Positions 19,137 to 27,703 of a stretch of DNA of 64,000 nucleotides are shown here, piece by piece (positions within the stretch are counted from its first letter, which is position 1; each line of letters opens with the position of its first letter). Position numbers and translations under genes: made by a program. Origin of the DNA: Spirochaetota bacterium (GTDB lineage: Bacteria; Spirochaetota; Leptospiria; Turneriellales; CBDBES01); assembly GCA_965206985.1 (NCBI GenBank), contig CBDBLF010000011.1, forward strand, positions 271,730 through 335,729. The letters are read 5' to 3'. A model generated the notes under the pieces. It worked only from the letters and a program-made list of their open reading frames with translations, was not told the DNA's origin and did no database searches.

Positions 19137-20519
19137 ATGTATCCACTCGCCTTAGAACACGTTATTGAGCGTCTTCACGAAAGTGAATTTCTATTATTTG
19201 CGAAATCCTATCAGAAGCAAGTTTTAAACGCCGTTCAGCATTTCAAAGAAGAGACGGTGCAAAATGAAATAAAAAGTGTTCGAATCGATTCTGACCTTTT
19301 TCAAGTATTAGAAGGGCTGAAAGAGAAATCAAAAAGATATAAACCAAAAGCTCTTCTAACAAAACTCACGAACCAGTTTGGAGTGCTGGAGTCTTTTTCT
19401 CGTAGAATTTTAAAAACTGCTATAGGCAAAAATTCTGAGATGATAGAGCCGATTAATCTAAAACGCTCAAGTGCCATCACCAAAGAAATTTTAAAAGATG
19501 TCTCTCGGCAGAATGCAGAGTTGATTCAATCTCTCCAAGGCAAACATATCGATAAGTTGGCCAACATCGTTAGAGAAGGGGTTCTTCAAGGAAGATCAAA
19601 TGCCGAGCTTACCAAGAGCTTCAATAAGGCGTTGGGGGTAGATCGTCGCACGGCCAAGTTTTGGGGTCGTGATCAGGCTTCTAAGTTTTTTGGTCGTGTG
19701 AATTTTGTCAACCAAACATCAGCGGGATTTGAGGGCTATATTTGGCGGACGGTAAGAGATAACCGGCTAAGAGATACACATGCCGCCCTTGAGGGCACCT
19801 ACCATAAATGGTCGGAACCTCCAGAGATTCTTGTAAATGGCATAGTCAAGAGACTCCACACGGGGGAAGATTATAACTGCCGTTGTTTCCCAGAGCCTGC
19901 AGATTCTCCGGTTGAGGCTGAACGAAAATACATCCCTGCTCATTCTTTAGAAGCCATTCCAGAGATATCCAATACCGACATCAATACTTTTCTGGAGAAC
20001 CGTTTGGTAGACAATGTCTCTGACGAGGTGAGGCTTAGAAACCCATCTTTAGAATCAACGCATCTAAAAGCTATCTGGAATTATACAAACCCAAAAATTG
20101 CAAAAGAGTTAAATCGAGGCACCCGTGAAGGGAGTAGCACTTCTTTCAACAGAGCTTTCAAACGAGTGCTGGATGCCTCCCTTGCCAGACTACCCGACTA
20201 TGCAGGAGTTAGCTACCGTCATATCTTGGTAAAAGAGATGATTCTAGATTCATTTTTAAAAAAATATAAGAAAGATAAGGTTGTCACAGAGACGAGCTTT
20301 ATCTCTTCATCGAAAGGGGAACTCGACACCAAACACAAGCACCATAACATAAAACTGATCATAAAAGGCTTGACGGGTAAAGACATATCAGGTATGTCAA
20401 GAAAGCCAAAGGAGTTAGAGGTGCTGTTTCGAGCGAATACAAAATTTAGGGTGAGAAAAGTTCGTTCAGAAGAAACTCTAGCAAAGGTTTGGCTTGAAGA
20501 AGTAAATGCAGAAAATTAA
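19137..20519 (+). CDS. MuF/gp7 minor head protein fused to a C-terminal ADP-ribosyltransferase domain
   Basis: MuF: RDQASK..YIWRTVRDNRLRDTHAALEG..GEDYNCRC. ART: AIWNYT..LNR..YRH..FISSS..ELEVLF..TKFRV. Confidence 0.9.
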   Translation: MYPLALEHVIERLHESEFLLFAKSYQKQVLNAVQHFKEETVQNEIKSVRIDSDLFQVLEGLKEKSKRYKPKALLTKLTNQFGVLESFSRRILKTAIGKNSEMIEPINLKRSSAITKEILKDVSRQNAELIQSLQGKHIDKLANIVREGVLQGRSNAELTKSFNKALGVDRRTAKFWGRDQASKFFGRVNFVNQTSAGFEGYIWRTVRDNRLRDTHAALEGTYHKWSEPPEILVNGIVKRLHTGEDYNCRCFPEPADSPVEAERKYIPAHSLEAIPEISNTDINTFLENRLVDNVSDEVRLRNPSLESTHLKAIWNYTNPKIAKELNRGTREGSSTSFNRAFKRVLDASLARLPDYAGVSYRHILVKEMILDSFLKKYKKDKVVTETSFISSSKGELDTKHKHHNIKLIIKGLTGKDISGMSRKPKELEVLFRANTKFRVRKVRSEETLAKVWLEEVNAEN

Positions 20520-20525
20520 TCACAT

Positions 20526-20972
20526 ATGTTAGAAGTCACGAGCGAAGAAGACCTTGAGGCAGAAAGAGTCTTTGCTGAATCAGACGAGCATGAACGCATA
20601 GCCGAAGAGAAACGCGAGGCACATTTTGCTTCTTTGTCAGAAGAACAGCGACAAGAGATTTTAAAATTTGAGCGTCAAGGAGACTACGAACTCCATGACA
20701 GCATACGACAGAATTGGTTTAACTGGACACATCAACAACGTAAAGAAGAAATTTACAGCAGTCTTCAAACTAGCGATAAATTTCAAGATGGCTTTTATGA
20801 TTCTCGTCCTCCTCAAGCAGAGATTATTATGGCCAAGATGTTTCCAGAAGACAGGGTCTACTACATAAAAGAGTATAGAGATTATATAGAGGGTCTGAGA
20901 GATGTTGACCCCCACGACTGGTTAGCCAAAGATATGCAAAAGTTGCTGGACGATCTTCTAAAAGATGGGTGA
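20526..20972 (+). CDS. Acidic protein, candidate immunity protein for MuF-ART
   Basis: 6 bp after the toxin gene; D/E-rich; no recognisable structural family. Confidence 0.55.
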   Translation: MLEVTSEEDLEAERVFAESDEHERIAEEKREAHFASLSEEQRQEILKFERQGDYELHDSIRQNWFNWTHQQRKEEIYSSLQTSDKFQDGFYDSRPPQAEIIMAKMFPEDRVYYIKEYRDYIEGLRDVDPHDWLAKDMQKLLDDLLKDG

Positions 20973-21105
20973 CTTGTTGATCTCCTTACGTTAATATTCG
21001 TTAACTTAGGGTTAAATACCCTGTTCATGTCGTTTCTTATCTGTTTTTTTTGCAATCTAACAGCAGTTGTAAGTAAGCCAAATCATACTTTTTCTGAAAA
21101 AAAGT

Positions 21106-21186
21106 CAGACAAATTGACCATTATCGGACAGTTTGTAATTTATTGGACAGTTCGACCTTGACTATCCCATAAAAATACTCTATGGT
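21106..21186 (+). promoter_or_regulatory. Candidate late promoter 2 with phased GACA boxes
   Basis: GACA at 21108, 21127, 21146; TTGACT (21158)-17-TATGGT. Confidence 0.75.
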
Positions 21187-21211
21187 CTGGCTCAAACATA
21201 TGGGTCACAGA

Positions 21212-22408
21212 ATGCAAAGAGAATTACGCCGTGACATAGCGGTATTAGAGCCTGTCACAAAACATGTCGACGATGATGGTTTCTTACGAGCCAGACTCAA
21301 GATGGCAAAACCGGGAGTCTTTAATTATTTTCGTGGGAACGGCATTTCTCTTGAGGCCAAGCTCCCCGAAGAAATCCTTTCTATTTCTACCATGGATTCA
21401 GCAAAACGATCCCCCATTGCCGATGGGCATCCTCCAATTTCTGACTGCGATGGTCTAATTACTCCCGACAATTATTCTAAATATATCAAGGGTAGCCTAG
21501 GAGATTCAATTACAATTCAGAACGGTTATCTGGTTGGTGAAGAGACCGTTTTTGACAAGACACTTGCAGAAGATATTAAATCGGGTAAAAAAGCCGAAGT
21601 CTCTATTGGCTTCACGGCAGATATTGACCCTACGCCTGGGGAATATAATGGTGAACATTATGATGTTGCTCAACGGAATATTCGAATCAATCACATAGCC
21701 CACGTTGAAAAAGGGCGAGCAGGAAGCGACGTTAAGGCATTTTTTGACACATCGGAATCAGACGGTGTCCCCGTAACACGATTAGATAGCCGTGTAAGCG
21801 ACACGAATCAAATTAATCAAACTAAAAATAATGAAGGAGAGACTATGGATATGGATGAAAACTCACTCATAGAAAAAATTACAGCGGCGATTAAGTCGAT
21901 ATTTTCGGATAAAAAAAAAGGCAACTCAGAAACTTTGGATCAGCAAGAGGGTACAGCTGATTTTGAAAAAGAAAAGTTGCTTAAAGAAAACGAAGCCTTA
22001 AAGGCAAAGTTAGCAGAGAATGAAAAAAAAATGGAAGAAAGGCAAGACGCTCTTGAGCTTGACTCTAAAATTGAAGAGAGGCTTGAAATTATGAAAATGG
22101 CTCATTCTGTTTTAGATTCTTTTGACAGCAAATCTCTTTCAAATCAAGAAATCAAACTTAAGGTTATAGAGAAGGTATTACCTTTTTCAAATTCTGTAAG
22201 AATTGATTCACTGGATGATATGATGATCGATGCCCGATATGACGCAAGCTTTGAGCTTGCTAAAGAAAGGGCGATGCAATCAGAACATTTGCCTGCCAGC
22301 TCAGGTGGGGTTTACTTAGATGAAAATTTAATTTTAAAGAAGAGAGCTGAACGACTAAACTTGTTTGATCAAATTGAAGCAGAAGCCACAAAAGGAGGAA
22401 TATTATGA
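21212..22408 (+). CDS. DUF2213-like prohead protease/scaffold
   Basis: DDGFL..GVFNY, GHPP, EVSIGF, QRNIRINHIAHVEKGRAG; coiled-coil C-terminus. Start 21200 or 21212, since 21182 overlaps the -10. Confidence 0.85.
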   Translation: MQRELRRDIAVLEPVTKHVDDDGFLRARLKMAKPGVFNYFRGNGISLEAKLPEEILSISTMDSAKRSPIADGHPPISDCDGLITPDNYSKYIKGSLGDSITIQNGYLVGEETVFDKTLAEDIKSGKKAEVSIGFTADIDPTPGEYNGEHYDVAQRNIRINHIAHVEKGRAGSDVKAFFDTSESDGVPVTRLDSRVSDTNQINQTKNNEGETMDMDENSLIEKITAAIKSIFSDKKKGNSETLDQQEGTADFEKEKLLKENEALKAKLAENEKKMEERQDALELDSKIEERLEIMKMAHSVLDSFDSKSLSNQEIKLKVIEKVLPFSNSVRIDSLDDMMIDARYDASFELAKERAMQSEHLPASSGGVYLDENLILKKRAERLNLFDQIEAEATKGGIL

Positions 22409-22872
22409 TTCCAAAAACTCAACAAGGGATGGAACCGGGCAAAACAGCCATGCATCATCCAGCCGAATACATTCGAAGTAAGGTCGCCGAAGCAGAACTT
22501 GGCTTTGGTATGGCCCTAACGGATGGAACAGATAATGGCGAAGTCACTCTGCCTGATGCTGGAACAGATGACTTTATCGGTGTTTCTGCCTATTCCACAA
22601 GTGCCTCTAAGCTTGAAGAGGAGAAGTATTCGGTGAATGATCCTGTGGGGCTCTTAGAAACAGGAGTTATCGCGGTTCAGGTAACCGAGGACGTCGCAGA
22701 AGGCAATGATGTGCGTTACATCATTTCTGGGGATAACAAAGGAAAATTTTGTAAAACAGCCACTGCCAATACGACAGTTAAAATTACAAAAGGGGCTGAA
22801 TGGTCGGGTTCTAAGGTAGGTGAGACAGCCCCACTTTATTTGAAAGGACTGTTTGAAACAGATGATGACTAA
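22405..22872 (+). CDS. Head decoration/cement protein
   Basis: Between scaffold and capsid; beta-rich, FG.AL..G, G.IAV motifs. Confidence 0.65.
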   Translation: MIPKTQQGMEPGKTAMHHPAEYIRSKVAEAELGFGMALTDGTDNGEVTLPDAGTDDFIGVSAYSTSASKLEEEKYSVNDPVGLLETGVIAVQVTEDVAEGNDVRYIISGDNKGKFCKTATANTTVKITKGAEWSGSKVGETAPLYLKGLFETDDD

Positions 22873-22896
22873 AAAAAAGTAAAAGGAGATTAAATT

Positions 22897-23829
22897 ATGC
22901 CAGAAGTAAGACAAGACGCATTACTACGCAAAGAAGATTTGCTGTATATAGAAAACACTCTATATGAGACCAAAAAAGAAGAGTTAGCCGCACGACAAAT
23001 CGCTCGTGTCAACAGCAATTATCCGGCCTACGCCGAGGAGATAGGCTATCAATGGTATTCAAGAGAGGGATCTGCTAAAATATTAGCGGCAGGAGCCTCT
23101 GCTAAAGACGTGCCTTTTGTTGACGAAAACGGAGGGACAAACACTGCCAAGGTGTATACGATAGCCACCGGTCTCCGTTACAAAAAATCAGAACGCATGG
23201 CCTATCAGGCTAAGAATGCCCAAGGTAAAGGACCTTCAGTCAATATTGATACACTCAGGGTGGGTGTTGCCAGACGCTTTGTTGCTGAAAAGGAAAACGA
23301 TCTATTCTTTAATGGAGACAGTAAATACTCCATTAAAGGATTACTCAATCATACCGGAATCAACACGGCCGTTGTTACTGGTACTGATGCGAGCTCTAAA
23401 AAATGGGCAAATAAAACGGCTAAGCTCATTTTAGAAGATCTGCTTGCTGGAGTATCCAAAGTTGAAGAAGACGGTTGGTTTAAGGCAAAAATTTTAATCA
23501 TCTCCCCGCAGAGTATGAACACACTCAGGAAACCCTACTCCGACGAAAATCCAATGACTGTCCTAAAATGGCTCATGGAACAGGGCATGTACTTTGAGCG
23601 AATTGTAACCTCTCGCCGTATGCGCTCGGCCAATAATGCGTTAAAAAAAGAGTGCTTCGCCATTTTGGATAACAATCCAGAAGTTATTGAACTAGCCTTG
23701 CCACAGGACATTGAGCTGGGTCAGCCAGAATACGATATTCTGATGAACTCTGAACAGGCCATAACCGAACGAACAGCGGGGTGTATTATTCGGCATCCTT
23801 CGGCCATCTATGTTGGGACAGGTATTTGA
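22897..23829 (+). CDS. Major capsid protein (DUF2184-like HK97 fold)
   Basis: ENDLFFNGD....GLLN, ERTAGCIIRHPSAI...GI. Confidence 0.85.
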   Translation: MPEVRQDALLRKEDLLYIENTLYETKKEELAARQIARVNSNYPAYAEEIGYQWYSREGSAKILAAGASAKDVPFVDENGGTNTAKVYTIATGLRYKKSERMAYQAKNAQGKGPSVNIDTLRVGVARRFVAEKENDLFFNGDSKYSIKGLLNHTGINTAVVTGTDASSKKWANKTAKLILEDLLAGVSKVEEDGWFKAKILIISPQSMNTLRKPYSDENPMTVLKWLMEQGMYFERIVTSRRMRSANNALKKECFAILDNNPEVIELALPQDIELGQPEYDILMNSEQAITERTAGCIIRHPSAIYVGTGI

Positions 23830-23839
23830 ATTCTAAAAT

Positions 23840-24148
23840 ATGAAAGAAAAAATACGTGCTTTCTTGGGAGGTCTTAAAGGAGTCGGTGATGCTCAAATCA
23901 CAGAGGTCATTGATGTGTCAAAGATCAAACTTGAAAATGATGGTCTCCAAGAGAGTAACTCTCATTTTAATGTGGCCTTAGCTTTTTACGCGGGCCACTT
24001 GCTTGAGCAATCAGGAGTCACTGCAAGTCTTTCCTCCAAGAGCTTTGGTGATGTCAATGTTTCTTACGCCCAATCAAATATGAGTTGGCTTTCTAAATAC
24101 CGCATGGCTAAACAAGATGCGTTGGGAAGAAGAGGAAGACTTGCATGA
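23840..24148 (+). CDS. Head-tail adaptor (DUF4054-like)
   Basis: AFYAGHLL, SSKSFGDVNVSY. Confidence 0.7.
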   Translation: MKEKIRAFLGGLKGVGDAQITEVIDVSKIKLENDGLQESNSHFNVALAFYAGHLLEQSGVTASLSSKSFGDVNVSYAQSNMSWLSKYRMAKQDALGRRGRLA

Positions 24149-24174
24149 GATGCCTACTACTATTTTTTATATTG

Positions 24175-24804
24175 ATGCCGGCTAAATTACACTTAGAAGA
24201 GTTTATTGATTTAGAGAATACTCTAACTCAGCTCAAGAAACTGGAGGCGAAAAAACTGAAGGTAGGAGTTGTTGCCCAAGAAGGCTCGCAGCTCTCTGGA
24301 TACGCCACCGCAAATGAATTTGGAGCAACGATTCGACCGAAAAAAGGTAAGGCTCTGGCAATCCCCGTTAATTTAGACGCTAAAAATAGAAGCCCAAGGG
24401 AGTTCTCCAATTTAAAATTTATTCCATCAAGAAAAGGCGATCCTGAACATATAGGAACACTCTGTAGAGATCGAGGCGGTGTGCTTGAGGCACTCTTCAC
24501 CTTACGGCGAAGCGTTACGATACCAGAGCGTTCTTTTCTACGCTCATCAATGAAAGACAAAAAAGTATTACTGAAGGCAGAGAAACATTTTGCAGAGTCG
24601 GTTACAGGTGTCATCACGGGTAAATTTTCTTATACTCAGGCCATGGACAGACTCGGACTCATGCTAAGTGCAGAGGTCAAAAAGAATATCACATCAAATA
24701 TCTCTCCAGGCAATGCTCCACTTACACAAGCCTTAAAAAAAACAAATATCACACTGGTAGATGAGGGTAGATTGCTCGCCTCCATAGGACATGAGGTAAT
24801 ATGA
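24175..24804 (+). CDS. Neck/virion morphogenesis protein
   Basis: KVGV, ANEFGA, IPERSFLR, NAP.T..K...LVDEGRLLASI; start uncertain (24145 or 24175). Confidence 0.75.
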   Translation: MPAKLHLEEFIDLENTLTQLKKLEAKKLKVGVVAQEGSQLSGYATANEFGATIRPKKGKALAIPVNLDAKNRSPREFSNLKFIPSRKGDPEHIGTLCRDRGGVLEALFTLRRSVTIPERSFLRSSMKDKKVLLKAEKHFAESVTGVITGKFSYTQAMDRLGLMLSAEVKKNITSNISPGNAPLTQALKKTNITLVDEGRLLASIGHEVI

Positions 24805-25157
24805 TCTTAAGTCATTTTAGAGAATATCTCGAGGAGGTGGAGATAGAAACCTCTGGAGGCTCCGTAGAAGGGCAATACATAGACGGAGAATGGACAGCTT
24901 CTGCAAAAGAACCTATGCATGACACGCTTTATTCGATACCATTTTCAAAGTCAACCCTCAAGAATCTTCCCGATGGTAATTACTCGATGCAAGACAAACA
25001 ATTCTATGCATCAGGCGTTGCAGAATACAGTAAAAATGATGTAATTATTTTAAATAGTGAAAGATTTTTGATTAGAGATATCGATCAAAGAAAAACCCCC
25101 GACGAGGTTACGATTTATTATACCAAGAAAGAGATTGAGGAGAACCAAGGGATATGA
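24801..25157 (+). CDS. Head closure protein
   Basis: GQYIDGEW, LKNLPDG motifs; synteny. Confidence 0.6.
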   Translation: MILSHFREYLEEVEIETSGGSVEGQYIDGEWTASAKEPMHDTLYSIPFSKSTLKNLPDGNYSMQDKQFYASGVAEYSKNDVIILNSERFLIRDIDQRKTPDEVTIYYTKKEIEENQGI

Positions 25158-25666
25158 TCGCACTCGCCTCCATCATAGTGGCTGTTAAGCTGGTTGCTTC
25201 TACCGCCAACCTTCCTTTTATCAGAGCTTATCAGGGCGGCCGAAAACCTCCTTATCCTTATATTAGCTATTATCTTCTAAACCAAACACAAGAAAAAGAT
25301 GAAAACTCTATTGAGTTTAGAAGGTATAATGAGCCTCAAGATAATATTATAAAAACCAACCTCAAAAAAGAAGAGGCTATCATTAGCTTATCTTTTATTG
25401 GTGAAGACTCCAAAGACATTTGGGAGCCTGCATCACAATCTTTTTCTTTTGTTAATTCAGATAACGGAAGAGAGGAGATAGAGGAATCTTCATTTTTGTA
25501 TCCCAAGCTAATTTCTGATAATGTGCAAGACAGAAGTGCTTACCTTGAAACAGGTTGGGAGATAAAACTCGGCTTTGATATTATGCTTATAAGATATGCT
25601 AAAAATATAAAACAAATAGAAACTATAGAAAAAGTAGAAATTAAAGAGGTAGAAAATGTACATTAA
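25154..25666 (+). CDS. Tail terminator/neck completion protein
   Basis: QGG.KPPYPYISY; precedes the sheath. Confidence 0.6.
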   Translation: MIALASIIVAVKLVASTANLPFIRAYQGGRKPPYPYISYYLLNQTQEKDENSIEFRRYNEPQDNIIKTNLKKEEAIISLSFIGEDSKDIWEPASQSFSFVNSDNGREEIEESSFLYPKLISDNVQDRSAYLETGWEIKLGFDIMLIRYAKNIKQIETIEKVEIKEVENVH

Positions 25667-26690
25667 TGATCTAAATATTGCAATTAGCTTGCAGACCAGA
25701 GTGGTTGAAACCGCCAACTTTAACCTTGCCTTGGTACTAGGTTCACGCAGTGGAAATCACACCTTAAAAGGACATTATGGGATTTACTCTGATTTGGCTT
25801 CTTTAAAAGAGGCTGGATTTTTAGAGTCAGACCCAGAGTATAAAATACTCACAAAGTTATTCTCTCAAAATCCAAAACCCGCAGAGGTCATGGTATATGT
25901 CGGAGACTCTACCAAGTTAATTTCAGAGAGAGCAAATAATGCAACATCTCAAAATAACAATTGGTATATAATGCTTATAACCGAAAGAGATAAAGCCACG
26001 CTAAACGCAGCGGGCGACTATGCTCTTGCCAACGAAAAGCTCTTTATCGGAGGAGCAAGCTCGAAGACAGTTCTAACTTCTCGCAATAACATTAGAGAGG
26101 CTTACCTGATTCATAACCAAGCATCAGAGTTCCCAGAAGTTGCTTGGGTGGGAGATGTAATCACCAAACCTGTTGGCTCTTATACTTGGAAGTTTAGAAC
26201 GCCTGCAGGGGTAACGGCTAGTAATTTTTCTTTAACAGAGCTCAAAGAGATTCGTCAACTAAAAGCACAGACCCTATCTCTTAGGGCTGGTGTTGTGTAT
26301 TCAGATAATGGTATCACAACGGGGGGAGAACACATTGACATCATTCAATCTAGGGATTACATCAAAAGTAGACTTGAGGAAGAGCTTTTCTTACTCCTAA
26401 CTCGAAACGATAAAGTTTCTTTTGATGACCTAGGCATTGCAAAGGTAGAGTCTGTGATTCGCTCAGTGCTTAATGAAGCGGGAGACATAGGCATTATTGC
26501 AACAGCTTCTTCAGATGAAGACAGAAAAGCATCGGATGAAGGCAAGTATATCTACACGGTGAGTATCCCTACAAGAGCCGAAGTATCAGCTAATAAAAGA
26601 GCAGAGAGAGCATTGCCTAATGTTAGGTTTTCTCTAACCATTGCAGGTGCCATTCATTCGGTAGATATTTCAGGAGTAATTTCTGCGTAG
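25656..26690 (+). CDS. Tail sheath protein (DUF3383-like)
   Basis: FSQNPKP, GSYTWKF, GEHIDII..DYI, AGAIHSV.I.G. Confidence 0.85.
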   Translation: MYINDLNIAISLQTRVVETANFNLALVLGSRSGNHTLKGHYGIYSDLASLKEAGFLESDPEYKILTKLFSQNPKPAEVMVYVGDSTKLISERANNATSQNNNWYIMLITERDKATLNAAGDYALANEKLFIGGASSKTVLTSRNNIREAYLIHNQASEFPEVAWVGDVITKPVGSYTWKFRTPAGVTASNFSLTELKEIRQLKAQTLSLRAGVVYSDNGITTGGEHIDIIQSRDYIKSRLEEELFLLLTRNDKVSFDDLGIAKVESVIRSVLNEAGDIGIIATASSDEDRKASDEGKYIYTVSIPTRAEVSANKRAERALPNVRFSLTIAGAIHSVDISGVISA

Positions 26691-26716
26691 GCCGTTTGGA
26701 TTGCAGGAGGTGAAAA

Positions 26717-27136
26717 ATGGAAGATCTAAAAGTATATAGCCCAAAAGAAGCTAGGGTCATCATCAACGGTATTGATATTACTGGCTGGGCAGATGGTGAA
26801 AAAATAAAGGTAGAACCAGTCACTAAAGAGGTTTATAAATCGCATACGGGTACAGATGGAGATGTGACCTACACAGAAAACCACGACGAACGACATACCT
26901 TGACTATGATGGTTAAGCAAAGTTCTCCTTCTAATGTTTTGTTAGAAGGCTTTTTAAAAGAAAAAGCCTCCTTTACGGCTTCGATATCAAACGCTAGAAA
27001 TGGCAAGTTTATTGGAGGCGGTCTTCGTTGTCGTATCATGGAGCGACCTTCCTATATGTTTGGAATGGAAGAAAAGGCTCGTGAATGGAAAATAACCATC
27101 CCTAATTTTAGTGGGGCTACTTTACCAGAGAATTAA
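26717..27136 (+). CDS. Tail tube protein
   Basis: YSPKE..ING..ITGW, G.DG, QSSPSN..L, REW. Confidence 0.8.
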   Translation: MEDLKVYSPKEARVIINGIDITGWADGEKIKVEPVTKEVYKSHTGTDGDVTYTENHDERHTLTMMVKQSSPSNVLLEGFLKEKASFTASISNARNGKFIGGGLRCRIMERPSYMFGMEEKAREWKITIPNFSGATLPEN

Positions 27137-27162
27137 GTTTAAATCAAATGGAGGTATAAAAA

Positions 27163-27525
27163 ATGAATCCAAAAATAACTGATTACCAAGATAATGGTAA
27201 GATTGTAAGAGTAGAGTTCCCAGATGGTGGCAAGTTTAAACTGCAACACCCTGGGAACAGAGCTAAACTAGAGTTAGAGAGTAGGTATTTTAATCCTACC
27301 CAAGGGATTGATAGAGCGGTATTTTTGGACTACTGCTTTGAAAACTGTGTGATTGCAGAGAAAGGCGAACCACCTACAGTAGACAATGTAACACCTAAGA
27401 TATTGGAGGTATGGCAACGTTTGTTGCGCAGGTTTTTGGATGGGGACATCGAGCCACCAGTTTCCAAAAATAGAGAAAGAGCCAACCAAGAAAGAGATAA
27501 AAAAGGAACTCTACAAACAAGTTAA
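27163..27525 (+). CDS. Tail assembly chaperone
   Basis: Between tube and tape measure; LQHPGNR. Confidence 0.65.
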   Translation: MNPKITDYQDNGKIVRVEFPDGGKFKLQHPGNRAKLELESRYFNPTQGIDRAVFLDYCFENCVIAEKGEPPTVDNVTPKILEVWQRLLRRFLDGDIEPPVSKNRERANQERDKKGTLQTS

Positions 27526-27703
27526 TCAAGAGGCATCTTATTTTAAAGCTATACTTGAGGGGGTCGTTCACCTAAGCAAAAAAGACTGGGATGAGGCTTC
27601 TCCTTGGTTTGTAGAAAAGTTAAACTGTGTATTAAAAATGAAAGCAGAACAAGAAAAAGGAGAGGTTAGAAAGCTTAAAGAGTCTTATGGCGGTATTAGG
27701 TAA
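27440..27703 (+). CDS. Tail chaperone extension (gpT-like), possibly frameshift-expressed
   Basis: 86-nt overlap with the chaperone in the +1/-2 frame; ends inside the tape measure start. Confidence 0.55.
   Translation: MGTSSHQFPKIEKEPTKKEIKKELYKQVNQEASYFKAILEGVVHLSKKDWDEASPWFVEKLNCVLKMKAEQEKGEVRKLKESYGGIR

Noticed and set aside
22897..23829. Encapsulin nanocompartment
   Set aside because: Embedded among terminase, portal and tail genes, so a phage capsid
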